DNA of 63,978 nucleotides, counting the filler, from Catajapyx aquilonaris (taxonomy: Eukaryota), in assembly GCA_000934665.2 (NCBI GenBank). It is 4 parts of 4 records of this genome, joined end to end, with 100 filler letters (N's around TTAATTAATTAA, not from the genome) between each part and the next. Parts side by side here need not be neighbours in the genome. Positions count along the whole stretch, not along the records: positions 32,050 to 47,973 come from JYFJ02007353.1; positions 48,074 to 63,978 come from JYFJ02007354.1; 2 more parts are not named here. One strand, given 5' to 3'. Position 1 is the stretch's first letter. Each line of letters opens with the position of its first letter. Shown here one piece after another: positions 37,926 through 51,115 of the stretch. The notes under the pieces are model-generated. The model searched no databases and was not told where the DNA came from. It saw only the letters and a list, made by a program, of their open reading frames with translations. The position numbers and the translations under genes are program-made.

Positions 37926-39525
37926 AAATGTCCTGACATGCTCTTGCAAACCACTTGCCTACTTTTACAACAACAGGCATCTTCTCACTGCCACCCAATT
38001 CCCTATGTTGTAAGCAGTTCAGTATGGTGGCATGAGTTTACATTAGCATTGCAGTTTTGCATCTGTTGCATCCCCTTTCCCACCCTTCAAGCTCAACAGC
38101 ACGCAGCTCTAGTTACAGCTAAACTAAAGTATATTTATCTCACTCCACCAACAATCAAGATTGAGTGTTCAGTTGCAAACATGCACTGTAATATATTGTA
38201 GTGGTGTTAGTATGCAAGGGGGAACTCTGAATAACTCAGCAATCAATCACAATGAGCAGAAACAAAGGGGGTAAGCTCTGGGTGTTTACTACACCCTGCC
38301 CAGTCTAGTATTGCATTGATCAATTTACATAAATAAGTCATCATCATCATCATCATCACCATCACAACATTTCCCTATAAGGGGTAGTCAGTGATGACGG
38401 GAACCACAAGCTAACCCAAAATATGAACTAAATTAAAACTTGTAAAAATAAACCTATGAACAACCCGTTCCGTTCCCCCACCCCTACCCATCTCAGACGA
38501 CAAACACTCAATATTAAATTTAAATATTACACTATACAACACGGTACTTTGCGAAATCAAGTGTCCCCCCCCCCCTCCCCAACCCCCTGNCCCTGGAAGA
38601 GGAATCAGCAACTATTAAATTCCTCCAAGTGACTGGGATATTCACCTCCAAATGACCAGGCCATCCACAGGGCAGCGAGAAGAACCAGCATACGGAAATC
38701 CACACTCGAACTCCAAGTGCTGTGCAGGACAGAGAGAGAGGCAGACACCCTTGCAAGCATGACTACCGGTGTCAACCTATGCATTACTGTGCAAGAGATA
38801 TTTGCCAACTTTGTAGTTCTGCACAACACCCAGAGCCAGAGTATGCACTTCCAGATGCCGAATCCTCCAACCTGCAAACATTCTAGCCATTCGGAAGAAT
38901 TCAATGGACACTGCCATTCTTCACAAACCCGTGAATATTCTACCCATTAATTAACCTGTGACGCCATTTACACCTATCCAAACAAACAACCTTAGCCTCA
39001 GCCACGTCCATGGTCCTATTGACACATGAACGTCTCGGCTTAACAGTAGCAACACCATTAAGACATAAATAAGTCAATTTAAAAAAATACAAATTAATAG
39101 TTTTGTAGTAGCAAATCAAATAGGCTGGTTTAAAATGCATTACTTGCAAACAATAGTTTAGAGAAAATATCAAAAAAGTGTATGTTCATGAATCCCTACT
39201 AACAGCCCAGTCAGTTCAAAATCAACCAATGTCACAATTTCATGTGGCTCCTGAAGGCTGTCTGCAACAAACCAGGTACACTCACCATTGAGAATAGTCA
39301 CCCAGTAGCAACTTGCCAGTGCATATGCTCCCTTGTCATGCAGTAGAAATTGGTCCCTACTACATAAGACCCCTTTTCAAAAAGTCAGCAGTATCATCTC
39401 CAAGATATCGGTAAACATTCACTTAATATTCACTTAATAATAGGCATATAAAGGCCAAAATATAATTGTTAAGCACAACAGACAATTAGAACGCATTGCA
39501 TGCACAGAGAAATCAAGAATCTCAC

Positions 39526-40065
39526 CTTTTGTGGGCTTGACTGGTCTGGCTTTGCAGGTCTTGATTTATCCACTCTCTCACGCTTTGGCTTGTCTGTCCT
39601 TGCCTTAGTTTCACTTATATTCCTTTTCTTTCCTTTATTGTCACTTTCCTTCTCTTTCTTTGCCCTATTCCTCTCAATCCTCTGAATAGTCCTTTCCATC
39701 TCACTGGCTCTTCGTGGAACACTAAAATCCAGCAGATAAGGTTTCACTTCAGGGTCTCCCCTTTGGTCATGGTACATAATAACGTCCCTGCGTGATCTCA
39801 TGACCTTTCCCTCAGGTCCCAGCATATATACATCCCACAAGCGTTTCACTGAGTTTATCCGGCGAACTGTCTTCTTGGTCCATCCATGAGGGAGAGATTC
39901 TGTGATCACCCATTTCTTCTTTCCCCGGCTCCTATCACCTGAGTCCTCCTCAGCTAGTACAGGCTTAGGGGTCTTCACACTTGACTTCACCGCTGCAACA
40001 TGACCTGTACCCCAGCTGTCTTTGCCTCCATTCCAACCAACTCTTCTTCCCCTGCTCCCACTCAC
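39526..40065 (-). CDS. trx: trithorax-like exon encoding an MBD-like (methyl-CpG-binding) domain
   Basis: LPHGWTKKTVRR...WDVYMLGPEGKVMRSRRDV...LDFS matches the MBD consensus. 540-nt phase 0/0 exon with TTTATGTAG acceptor and AAG|GTGAGA donor. Confidence 0.8.
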
Positions 40066-41241
40066 CTACATAAAGAGAACTATAGTTAACCTGCATCCTA
40101 AAACTCTCTGAATTGAAAAAGACCTACAATACTAATGTGGAACAGACAGTATAAGTGTATCTCTTTAACTGCAGGAAAGTCTGTCTGTGTAAATCAAATG
40201 TGACTGGCATATCATGGCTGAGGTACGTCTTGTTCATAAAGAATGGTACGAATGGTAAGAATGGACGAAATGTTTATCCTGATTATCCAGCATTATTCCC
40301 AACCTTATTTCAACGAAACCCTATGGGCAACCTTTTCTGGACTTCTGGTGACTCATTTGACCCATCCTGATTTTTAAATACAAATTTTAATTACCAAAAT
40401 GCCCAACCAGGTGCAATGCTTACATAGATTTGATATGAATTTCCCCCCAAGATTTTTCCTACTTTGCTTTATTTTTTTCTTCTATTTTTTAAATTTTATT
40501 TTGATTCCCTTTTCCCGGACTTCCTCATGACCCCTAAAAACATGCTGGCGACCCAGGGGTTGAGAACAGGATAAACATTTCGTCCATATAGTCGTACCAT
40601 TCTTCATGAACAGTACAGTCAGTACTGTACATATAGGTGCATGAACTAGTTGGAACTACTAGTCACTACATGGAAAATTGTGCAATCACAGATACACAGG
40701 AAGGATCTCGTCCAGGATTGATTCTGGGGTGTACCATAATTTTCATAGGAAGTTGTTCCTAATAATATTCAATGAAAGAATGAAACTCAGTTCTTAAATA
40801 TATGTTCTCTGAGTAATGAAAGTCTGGGCTTGCAAGTTGAGAATTTGCAATTTTTTAGCACTTGAAATGGCCACAAAAGGTGTAGGAGGCTGGCAGAATT
40901 TCAACTTCAATTTTTCATTACAATTGCAGACGACAGCCTATTGTTAGGGTAAAATATTGTTCACTTAAACTAATATTTAACAAAATCACATGTATGGCAC
41001 AATATGACAACCTCAAATGGAAAATTACAATGGAAATTCATGCATACGTACATGCGCATTTTCAATTGTATTAAAATTATACTGTAGTTCATAAACAATA
41101 TGCATCTCAAAAAATTGGCAATCATCTGAAATTGTCATAAAAATTAAAGTTACTATTCTACCAGGTTCCTACCACAATGTGAAGCCATATCAAATGCTTA
41201 AAAATGGCAAATTCTCAACTTTCAAGCCCAAGTATTCACAA

Positions 41242-41853
41242 CCGTCAAACGGGGTAACGTTGGGCGCCAGGGTGAACTTAGCCACAATTCCAAAAATGTC
41301 ATTAATGAATATTTAAGGTAACACATGCTATAAAAATGAGACTTTCAATCACCTCATGCCATTGCGGCAGCGCTTACCATGTTGTACACCAAATAATTCA
41401 CCTGTGCCGCCACAGGTGAGCAAGGAAATAAATGTTCAAGTCCACCCCATGAAACCACCCAATTTTCAAAGTGTGCAAACTTTATTTTCCAAATCAAGAA
41501 ATTGACAAGCAAGGGTATTGTCCATTTTTAAGAGATGAAGGTGGTGGTAATATGTATTACAGCTTATGAATATTGTTCCTTAAAAATACATTAAAAATTC
41601 CTAACAGATCTCGTTTCCCACAGTGCATTTGTAATGAGAAAATTAGTCCACCCCCACCGGTTGGGGCGGACTTGGCCATGATGTCATAAATTTCCCTACA
41701 CACTATTGTGCACAGAAAAAATTCTTTGTACTTGCCCTTTTGCCCAGAGTGGTCTAACACCTAATAAAGAAATTTCACAGTTGTGGGTTAATATCTTCAC
41801 ACTTATATCTTCGTAGAACGGAAATTTTGGACCAAGTTCACCCCGTTTGACGG
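41242..41853. mobile_element. TIR MITE nested in an older inverted-repeat element
   Basis: CCGTCAAACGGGGT / ACCCCGTTTGACGG termini. Confidence 0.6.
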
Positions 41854-42096
41854 TACTTGAGAACAGATATTTGAAGGATTTATTTGGATAAGGGCTCATG
41901 TACTATATCGCCCAAAAAGATAGAGATGATTTTGCATTTGACTCAAGTGCAACTTGCACTTGAATCAAATGCCAATCGTCTCTATCTTTTTGAGCGATAT
42001 AGTACCAAATACATGTTTTTTTTCTTCTTCTTCAGAATGCAGTTGCTTGGGGAAGGGCTCATGTAAATTATGGATAAAGGTGATCTGAAGCAGAGT

Positions 42097-42500
42097 CAAT
42101 TATACAGCATGTATGCAAATTCATCTGCCTAAATGATACAGGTGGTAGGGGGGTACATATGGAAGAGGCATGGCATGGGTCTGAAAGGCCCGAGACGATC
42201 TGTTTTGTCGACCTTTGACGTCCACGATGTCCATCCTGACAAGTGTGGATAACTCTGCATCCCTGCATTGCTGGTTGCTGGGGCCAGGTGCTCACACTCC
42301 CAGACCATTGCTCCACTGGCCTGGCCTGGCAACCAGCAATGCAGGCTTACACCAGGGTATCTACACTTGTCATAATCAATGTCAAAGGTCATCACCGGCC
42401 TTTCAGACCAATGTCATGCTTATTGCATATGCATCCCCTACCACCCATATTATTTCGGCAGATGAATTCACATGCACCTGGAATTATGTTATATAATTGA
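42097..42500. mobile_element. Old foldback MITE
   Basis: Imperfect inverted arms (AATTCATCTGCC / GGCAGATGAATT; CCTGCATTGCTGGTTGC / GCAACCAGCAATGCAGG). Confidence 0.6.
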
Positions 42501-42754
42501 TTATATCTCCAAACAATAGAATTCTGCAAAGAAATGGCATGAATTTGGTGCACCAGCCCTCATCCTATGCAACCGTTCATTTAAACACTAAGTTTCACTT
42601 TTTCTTCTCGTATTATTAGGAACAACTTCAAAAAAACATTATCGTGGTACATCTCAAAATTAATCCTAGAAGAGATCCTTTTTTGAAAATGATGCTACCT
42701 CTATTGCACATGACCAGAGCTGAGGTCTCAATGATTTATTTTCTGCATACTATA

Positions 42755-42940
42755 CAGTAAAACCTCGATATAATGCTCTTCAAGGGACCACCCAAAAGTA
42801 GTGTTATAAGTGGGATAGCATTATATGCAGGGAAAATTATCTTATGGAAACGATCAAGGGACCAGAAAAAAGAGGCGTTAAAAACGGGAAAGCGTTATAT
42901 GAGGGGGCATTATATCGAGAGAGAGAGAGGTTTCACTATA
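42755..42940. mobile_element. Tigger/pogo-like MITE; related pieces near 19600-19755 and 62010
   Basis: TA|CAGTAAAACCTCGATATAA left end and CATTATATCGAG...GTTTCACT right end. Confidence 0.6.
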
Positions 42941-42995
42941 ATTACTTCTGAACAGATTTTCCTCAGGAATTAATGCTAAGACAAAAGATGTGTAC

Positions 42996-43498
42996 CTTGA
43001 TGATCCGGCTCCTCTCCTGTTGCCTGTAGATGACCCTACCCCTCTCTTTTGGCACTCCTCTCTCCTTGGCTTTAGGTACATCCTCCTGAATGTTCGATGG
43101 CAGCATCTTTCTCATTTTGTCATGTACTTGATCTGGCATGTTGTAGCACAGCAAACACTGCTTCAACCAGCACCCCCTACATCTCTCATCAGAACTTCGC
43201 CTGCACTCGCCTCCTCCTGTGCCCCTTCCTCCTGAAACCTGCCCTTTACGGGGAGCAGCTACTGAGCACTGGCCTGATCCAGTTTGACACACAATGAGGT
43301 GGTTGGCAGAAGGTGTGTTCATGAGTTTTATCATCCGAGAAACAAACTTGCGACATGGCTCACAGCTGTAAGTTCCAAATTTGCGAGCTTGCAGGATGAA
43401 TGAATAGCTGCGGATGGAACCGCAGATACCGCATATAATTGTTCCAGGACGGCGGTGCATGAAACAACGGCGGGACAGGTCACCCTCTGATATCCCAT
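42996..43498 (-). CDS. trx: trithorax exon encoding the nuclear-receptor-type C4 zinc finger
   Basis: CGICGSIRSYSFILQARKFGTYSCEPCRKFVSRMIK...RCRGCWLKQCL, as in arthropod trithorax. Phase-1 acceptor and phase-0 donor AAG|GTACAC. Confidence 0.88.
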
Positions 43499-44298
43499 CT
43501 GGAAGGAAAAGAAGAAACCAAATTACATTGGAAAAAATCCAAGGCCACTCCCTAACTTTAATGATGTTATGCAGTGTGTTCCAAGATCCAGGCCCTTTGA
43601 GTTACAGCAAATTTATTTGCTTTCTTTTCTTTCTCTTTCCTCCACAAATAGTTGTCTCCAGTATAAAACGAGGTCAATGAGAGGGTCAGTATATCCCTGG
43701 GGGAGCCAGCTGCCCAGTGTATAAAATGTAATTTTCCTGACCTTTTCCTTCCCTTGAAAATGATGATTAGGCAGTTTACAGAATGTCTACAAATGCCTTG
43801 TAGAAATGAATTGCAGGTTAAAACAGAAGTATAAATGTGAACTCACACAGATTAATCAAAATTAAACCTTGCCCAAAAAGTGGTGAAATACAGCGAAACA
43901 TGCCTGGATATAGCGGAAACCTATCCATTTCGGAATTTTTTCCAGGAACGGGCACATGCATAGGGCATGCAATGTATTTTTTGACAGATATTACGGAACC
44001 TGCCCAACGCGGAAACGGAAGAGATTTTTGTCTCCCTTCAGAGAAAATCTGTTCATGACAGAAATTCAAAAGGTTCACATTATCTCTTGCTAGTCACAAA
44101 AATTGACACTACAGCTTGGTTCACTCTCGACCGTCTCAGGAGGCCTCGAGTAACCCTTCTTGGACCATCCGACACCACACTGTGTCTCATAATTGCTGCA
44201 ATTGCTCTCAACCCGTGACCTTGAAAATATTGAGGAAAGGGGACTCTTTTTGGTTGGAAAACGGAGAGGAGGCTTGCAGGGGGGCCCAAGAAGATAGT

Positions 44299-45314
44299 GG
44301 GCCGGTTGCACGAACCGTTCCTAGGAGCGCTCCTACGTAGGAGCCCCCTACGGGTAAGAGCGCTCCTAAGTGGCCGAGGGTTGCACCAACCCAAACTAGG
44401 AGGCATCCTACGTACGGGTATTCCTTCCCTTGTTATCGGGCAGTCGCGCCTGGCTTCCACACCCGTCTTGATGAACTGGTTATTTATTAATAAAATAACT
44501 GTTCTTACATGCATTAAAATAATATTACACAGCTGGAGAATATGTTTTATACGCTTAAAAACATAAATTAGCTTCTTTAGTGATGCACGTGGTTGTGCAT
44601 GACGCAATACCGGCAGGCAGGTTTTGGGCCAAGGCGGGCCAAGGCAAGGAGCCCAAACAAGCCAAAAGATGCAGCAAATTTTATAGTGAGGCTGAGAAAA
44701 TTTTAAGTTTTGGTAGCGCTGTTTAATTTTATCACCCACATTTCTGGCTTACCATCAAAACCTTCGCGAAGTAATTCGGATGAAAACCGGCCGAGATAGC
44801 AGAGGCGTGCAATATACTTAATTATGATTGCCCAAATGGTAATTTCTAAATTTTAAATATATGGTTAGATAGACAAAGATTTGCACTATCCAGGGTTCAC
44901 AGGAAAACTTTTGTGGCCTCCGGTAAGTGTCGAATAAAAAGACTTTTTTGGCGTAACGCCCGGCAACGTATCAAAAAATGACATCTTTCCACCTTCTTTT
45001 TGGGATAAAAAATTACACAAAGAACATAGGAAAACAACTTGCACATATCCTACGAGGATTGAAACAAGCTTTCGAATGATACATAATATGATTTTTTTGG
45101 ATCATCTGTCTAGGAGTTGTTTCGAATCAAACACAGGGCTCAATGGATTTGGGAGGAAAGACCTTGGCCTGCTGGGAGCGCTCCCAGCCGGTAAGAGTGG
45201 GTCCGGGTCTTCCTAGGAGGTAGGATCGCTCCTAGCCCATAGGAGGGGTTGGTGCAATGAAATCCCTTCCTAGCAGCGCTCCCACCTCCTAGGAACGGTT
45301 CGTGCAACCGGCCC
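44299..45314. mobile_element. PIF/Harbinger-like TIR element with nested fragments
   Basis: TIR GGGCCGGTTGCACGAACCGTTCCTAGGAG at both ends. Confidence 0.65.
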
Positions 45315-45588
45315 TGTGACTCGTGATTCGTAGGTGCCATGCCTTCAAGTTTAGTACACCATTCAGTCCGGTTTTAAAATGTTGGGGAAGAGGAAAGGGC
45401 TGACACAGGCTCAACGTATTGCCCATGTCCGGATCCAATAAAGCAGGCAAAATTAATAGCCCAAAAACATGGTATAAAATTTAGTCCTTCAAATGGATGG
45501 CTGGAGAGTTTCTGCAACAGTCACAGATTTTGTGGAAAACAGTGTGTGGTGATGCAAGAAGAATGAGAGACAACTTAGGTGCACTACA

Positions 45589-45708
45589 CTGCCTTCAGAT
45601 GTAAGAAGACTGTAACTCTAAAACTAGTAAGGGTGAAAGTTGCATGCATGCATGCGACTTTCACCCTTACTAGTTTTTGAGTTACGGTCTTCTTACATCT
45701 GACGGCAG
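45589..45708. repeat. About 120-bp hairpin palindrome (MITE-like)
   Basis: CTGCCTTCAGATGTAAGAAGAC ... GTCTTCTTACATCTGACGGCAG centred on (TGCA)n. Confidence 0.8.
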
Positions 45709-46118
45709 AACAGATGATGTTTACACAGTGAGTGCGTATTTTCACTGCGAGCGTAGTTCAAACTCGGGAATGCTTTAAGTATGTGGTACAGTGTTGGACA
45801 TTAATCGAGGCATATTGCTAGCAACATTTTCCAAAGACACAGAAAAAGGAATCAAAGATAAGGATACTGCAAGCCGGGCAAGCAAGATTCCTTCTTCTGC
45901 CGCTGCTTTGGAAAATGTCGCTGGCAGTATGGCTCAATTAATGTCCAACACTTTACCGCTGTATTATGATTTCCATTTGACATCATTTTCACGGGTAATA
46001 TGTACACAAAACTCAGTATACTGACCTGATGCGCATTTTCTCATATCTTGTCACCCATGTTTTTGTAACACTATAATAGCCTTCCAACTCTTTCCCCATT
46101 AGAGGAATGAAAACTTAC

Positions 46119-46628
46119 CTGTGTTTGATGCTGGTGAGTCTCCAAGAAGTTCCCTTAAGTCATCTTGTTCTTTCCTCAGCTTCCTCAGCAACTTCTTGTT
46201 CAGCTGCAGAGTAGGCTCCCTTATGATGCTCTTCTTACCTCCATCCGTTGGTAAATATGCTGGAACAGTGTTTGAAGCCTCTAGGCCACTTGAATGAGTT
46301 GGAGTGCTTCCGCTGCTGTCTGATCCACCCTCCTTCTTTCCTCCATTGTTAGCAGTTCTGGTGACAAGCCTCCCATCCCATTGAGACCTAAGAATCCTCT
46401 CAATCCTTTCTTTCACCCTCTTTGGCGCTTGCTTTTGTTCAGCAGTGATACTTTGGGTATATCGCTCAATCGTCTTCTTGATGGGATCCTTGGGATCACC
46501 TCCTGATGAGGATGCAATGGCATTCTCAGTTCCTTCCCCATCCGAGGAGAGAGGGTCATACTCTGCAGACCAATCACTTCTAATGGAAGCACGACGTCTT
46601 GACAAATCCCCATTCTCTGAGCTGGTGC
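46119..46628 (-). CDS. trx: trithorax-like upstream exon (low-complexity N-terminal region)
   Basis: 510-nt open phase 1/1 exon, TTTCAG acceptor and G|GTAAGT donor, in frame with the next exon. Confidence 0.75.
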
Positions 46629-47973
46629 CTGAAACACAGGATCATTTACAATCACGTCAACACAGAACCCCCCACTCCATTGCGCATTACATATTGCAGT
46701 GTACATGAAAATATTTCCCCATTACTTTGAAAAAGAAAAGTTCAAGGGCTGCAAAAAATTATAGTAGCAATACAGTGAAACATGTTAAATTCACTTTCCG
46801 TGGTATTACTTGAATATTAAAATTCATGTGCCAGTCAATCTACTAACAGTGTCTCTCAGTCCCTAAATACTGACGCTTTGCCACTAGACCACCAACAAGC
46901 AGCCATAAGCAGGTGTTGGAAATGTCCCCGAAGGCCTGAGCACACATAGGGACACACTTTCAGTGCACCCCACATACAGTCTTCCAAACGAGTCAGGCCA
47001 GGAGAACAAACAGGCCAGATTTCATGTGCTGCTTGCTCTCCTGACCAATCTCATTTGGAATATTATCTGTAGGGTGCCCTGAAACCATATCCAGAAAAAT
47101 GTCTTCAGACCCACATCGGACACTTTCAACATTTGCTGTAGGAAGAACTGCAATGTGATATGTGGTAGTCCTACTTTACGGCACTGTAACTTTTGGGTGG
47201 ACAGTTACTTTTGGGACTCGATTCATTTTTAGCTTACTTCTTGTTTCCCTGTCATAAAAGCATTTTTTTTTTAATGTCTTATTACTAATGAAGCTGTGAT
47301 GTGGCATTGCTGCACAAGGGGTGCACTCATATTCAATTGCTAGCAATATGAATTATGAGATGCTCTTATCCTCCTGAGACCCGAGAAGAATTGAGTAACG
47401 CAATATCAGTTCCTATTGCATTTTCTGAACATTTTCCCAATGAGAAACAAGAAAAAAATTATAGTTCTAAAATATCGACAAAAATGGCGACAAACAACCA
47501 ATGAGAACATTAGGACCCAATTGGTGCTACAAAAGCAGAACGGATGAAAGCTGAAAATTGAAATACCACTTAATGGATCACTCACATAGTGCTCTATCCT
47601 CCAAACAATGTTTTTAAAATTTATTTGTGGTATTCGTGGTAGCAATTCCTCTCAGAAGACAATTAAAGATAAATGAAATCATTTTTAACGCCACCACTCC
47701 AGGCATGGGGCTTGCTCCTTCCCTTCTTACCCGCTAAAGTGGTACCTTACTATTCTAGATTTCAAAACTGAACAGCATAGTGCAGCCCACGGACACTTAT
47801 ACTACGTTCTGGCGTTATCACCTGCCGAGGGATTACGCACCGGGTGCCCACTTGAGATCGCTACGAGACATTTCCCAAGGCTATCATGTGGCGACCCTAC
47901 CGGACTAAGGCTGAACTTTACAGGTACGAAGGGGAGGGCTACATTGGGGGGCCCAACATGGCCGCTGGCAGCC

Positions 47974-48073
47974 NNNNNNNNNNNNNNNNNNNNNNNNNNN
48001 NNNNNNNNNNNNNNNNNTTAATTAATTAANNNNNNNNNNNNNNNNNNNNNNNNNNNNNNNNNNNNNNNNNNNN
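47974..48073. other. Artificial contig linker
   Basis: 44 N + TTAATTAATTAA + 44 N. Confidence 0.97.
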
Positions 48074-49422
48074 GATATCGCAAAAATAACGACATTTCAC
48101 CCCCAAAGGGCCACAACTTTTCATGTTTAGGCCGGGTAAGTGTACTCGCACACGAAAAAACGAAAACCCGTAAGTTGCGTCACAAACGCCCCTGGCGGGA
48201 CCGTAGGATATTAACCCACATGACTCAAATTTTTTACCTGTCAAAAGGATCACCCAACGCAACTTTTTTTCACTAGCGAACTACAACTTTCGAAAAAAAG
48301 TGTTTTTCGAGCCGCCCTAATGTACATGTAGATAATCTGGTACTTGTCCGTGTTTTTAACACACACGGGATGTGTTTCAGGATCGATTTTCATCACTGCA
48401 GGCAGCGCCAGATTTATGGCAAGGCAACCTAGGCAGTTGCCTAGGGTGGCAGATTTCAAGGGGCGGCAAATAGGCATCCAAAAAAAAAAGTAAACGAAAA
48501 ATGAATAATAAATAATTATGCGACTGGAAGCAGCGCCGGATTAACCATTGGCAGAATAGGCGGCCGCAAGTTGCAATAAATATTTTTCAAATAGGCTACA
48601 ATAATAGGAAATCAAGGCGAAATCATTTAAAAATTTCAACTATTTTGCCAGGGGGTTCCCAGTGCTGGATTTGCCACTAAGCAGAAAAGCCTAGGGACGG
48701 CCATAAGTTGAAAGAGTTGAAAATATAAATTTTTGTATAAAATTAATGAAATGGAGAGAAATCGACAAAAAATTGAAAATTTAAGTGGCATGGGGGGTGG
48801 GGGGTACAGGGGTCAAGGTGCTTTGTTTTATGGTGTTTTGCTAATATGGCTCTTTCAAATACAATTATTGTGTTTGGAATTTGCCTTACTTTTGTGGCAC
48901 ATGCTCCCATCAGGAGCGCATTGTTTAATGTATAATATTCATACTTTTACATTAGATTTTAACCCAGATATGCCTGGAAAATTTTTTGTTGGATTTTCGA
49001 CCTTTTTTTTGTTTTAATTAGTTCATATTAGTTCCCAAAACACAAAATCGAGATAAAACATTTTTCTGAATGCTTGTTTGCGAGAAAATGCCTGTTCCAT
49101 ATAATGGGGAACTAGCCTTCATTTTGGAAACTACATAATAAATTCACCCATAATTTTTGGATTTTTTTGGCGTATTCCGTTGTAAGATAATCAGTTTCAG
49201 TTCCGGAGATATTGGCGGTTTTTCGTAGGCAAATGGTGACGTCACTGTTTGCCTCGAAAATGTTGACGTCACGCGAAGTGAAATGAACGCAAAAATGATG
49301 TTATAGAACGCGCCCCGGCAGGGTCGTAAAATAATTCGTTGTACTGTGCTGGACACGGCTGGGCATTTTAGCACTCCAAGTGTTTACTTAGTTGCCAGGT
49401 AACGGGCGAGTTTTTACTCTAA

Positions 49423-49569
49423 GGGCCGTTTTCTCGAACAGTGGATCAAATGTAAACCCGGTTCAAAGCCTGTTTAAACCCTTGACAACAGCCTAACAAC
49501 AATCAAATCAGGGATTAAACTGGCTTTGAACCCGGTTTACATTTGAACCCCTGTTCGAGAAAACGGCCC
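49423..49569. mobile_element. PIF/Harbinger (Tourist-like) MITE
   Basis: TIR GGGCCGTTTTCTCGAACAG with TAA TSD. Confidence 0.8.
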
Positions 49570-50009
49570 TAAGCCGCTCAAACCGCTTTGTACGTGGCAG
49601 TGATGCCACCAGCTCAGAAATATCTGTCTCCCGAATTAGGTACATAAAGGCTCCCCTTCTCCACCTCGATGGCCTACAGCCGCCTTGCGAATGCTTTCCG
49701 TCGTGTCCGCGGTTAATTCAAAGTCAAATTCCTCATATCTCACAGTCAACCAGTCATTTCAGTGTACCCTTTCGATTGGCACCACCCGGCTGCCCCGTTT
49801 TTCCCGCCAATTTTGAAGGCACTTTTAAATGTGCCGTATCTAATCCAGTAATGTCATTTTGATGCAACAGAGTGATGGAATGTATGTTTACAGGCATGGG
49901 CTAGCTAGTTATGAACAAAAATCCCAAATCCCAGACCAAGGCTAGTTCCCCATTACGGGATGATAGGAAACTATAATCTAGTACTATGGCTAAAATAGTT
50001 GTTGATTAA

Positions 50010-50157
50010 GGGCCAGTTACACCGGCCTCAGCATAACTTAGAACCTCGGGTATAACAAGAATTGCCATAGCAATCATTGTTCGTCAACAATGATTGCTAT
50101 GGCAATTCTTGTTATACCCGAGGTTCTAAGTTATGCTGAAGCCGGTGCAACTGGCCC
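50010..50157. mobile_element. Tourist-like MITE forming a near-perfect 148-bp hairpin
   Basis: GGGCCAGTT ... AACTGGCCC; the whole element is self-complementary; TAA/TAC flanks. Confidence 0.8.
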
Positions 50158-50832
50158 TACATTACCATTGCAACAGTGACATTCAGTAACATCCATAGTT
50201 TCATAATATCACCAACGATTGATTGTTGTCGATTGCATTACCACGGAAACAGGCTGTGCAAAGAAGGGGCTTGTAATTTAGTAACAATCAACCATTGTTG
50301 CCACAGTTGCCATGGTAACCGATTACCCTGTAATCTCGTTTTAATTGTATGGATTCATTAAAATGCAGTTCAACAAAGTGTACAAAATCCACACACATAC
50401 TTTACTTGTCTAAATGTGGGTGCATTTGCCTCTTGTGTTTTCCCGAGGGGACACCAGATTTCAACACTACTCTCAGACAAGGAAAGTAAAAAAATATGCC
50501 AATGTTTCCGCATCGACATCATTATTCATAAGTTTTCTCAGTATTACAAACAATAAATAACTTGTAACACTAATTAATATTCTAGAATTAATTACCAATC
50601 ATATCTGGAACATGAAGGTGCAGCCATTTTTTCCTGAGTAAAAATTCAAATACCTGTATCTTATAAAGCTTAAGCAATACTGAGAACGTTTAAACTTGTA
50701 TCATTAGCTGTGACTCAACTGAAGCACCCGTGACTACTGCCAGCTCTTTAGCAGCAGAAGAACTAGTGGAAAAAAATAAAATGTAACTGTGCAGGTGGCC
50801 CTTATAAGGGACGCTCGCCATATCTGGGTTAA

Positions 50833-51115
50833 CCCTGGAACTGTGACGTGCCTGAAAGTTACATTAACCATGACGTGGGGTCTTTTAGGACCCCATCCAT
50901 ATTTTAATTTTTATTAATTTTTATATAATACTTTCCAATGTATTAACTATATGCAGTCATTCTTTGAACAATACCTAAAACGATCGCTAATTCAAAATAA
51001 ACATGGACTTCCTGTTATATACTTTTTTTAAATGGCAACAGTTCATTGTAATTATCATTTTAATACATTTTCAAGCCTGTGGGGTCCTAAAAGACCCCAT
51101 GTCACGGTTCCAGGG
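50833..51115. mobile_element. piggyBac-like MITE
   Basis: TTAA|CCCTGGAAC ... GTTCCAGGG|TTAA. Confidence 0.75.

Noticed and set aside
44080..44739. 219-aa ORF in a trx intron
   Set aside because: Runs across MITE boundaries, lacks protein-like features and does not fit the trx exon chain.
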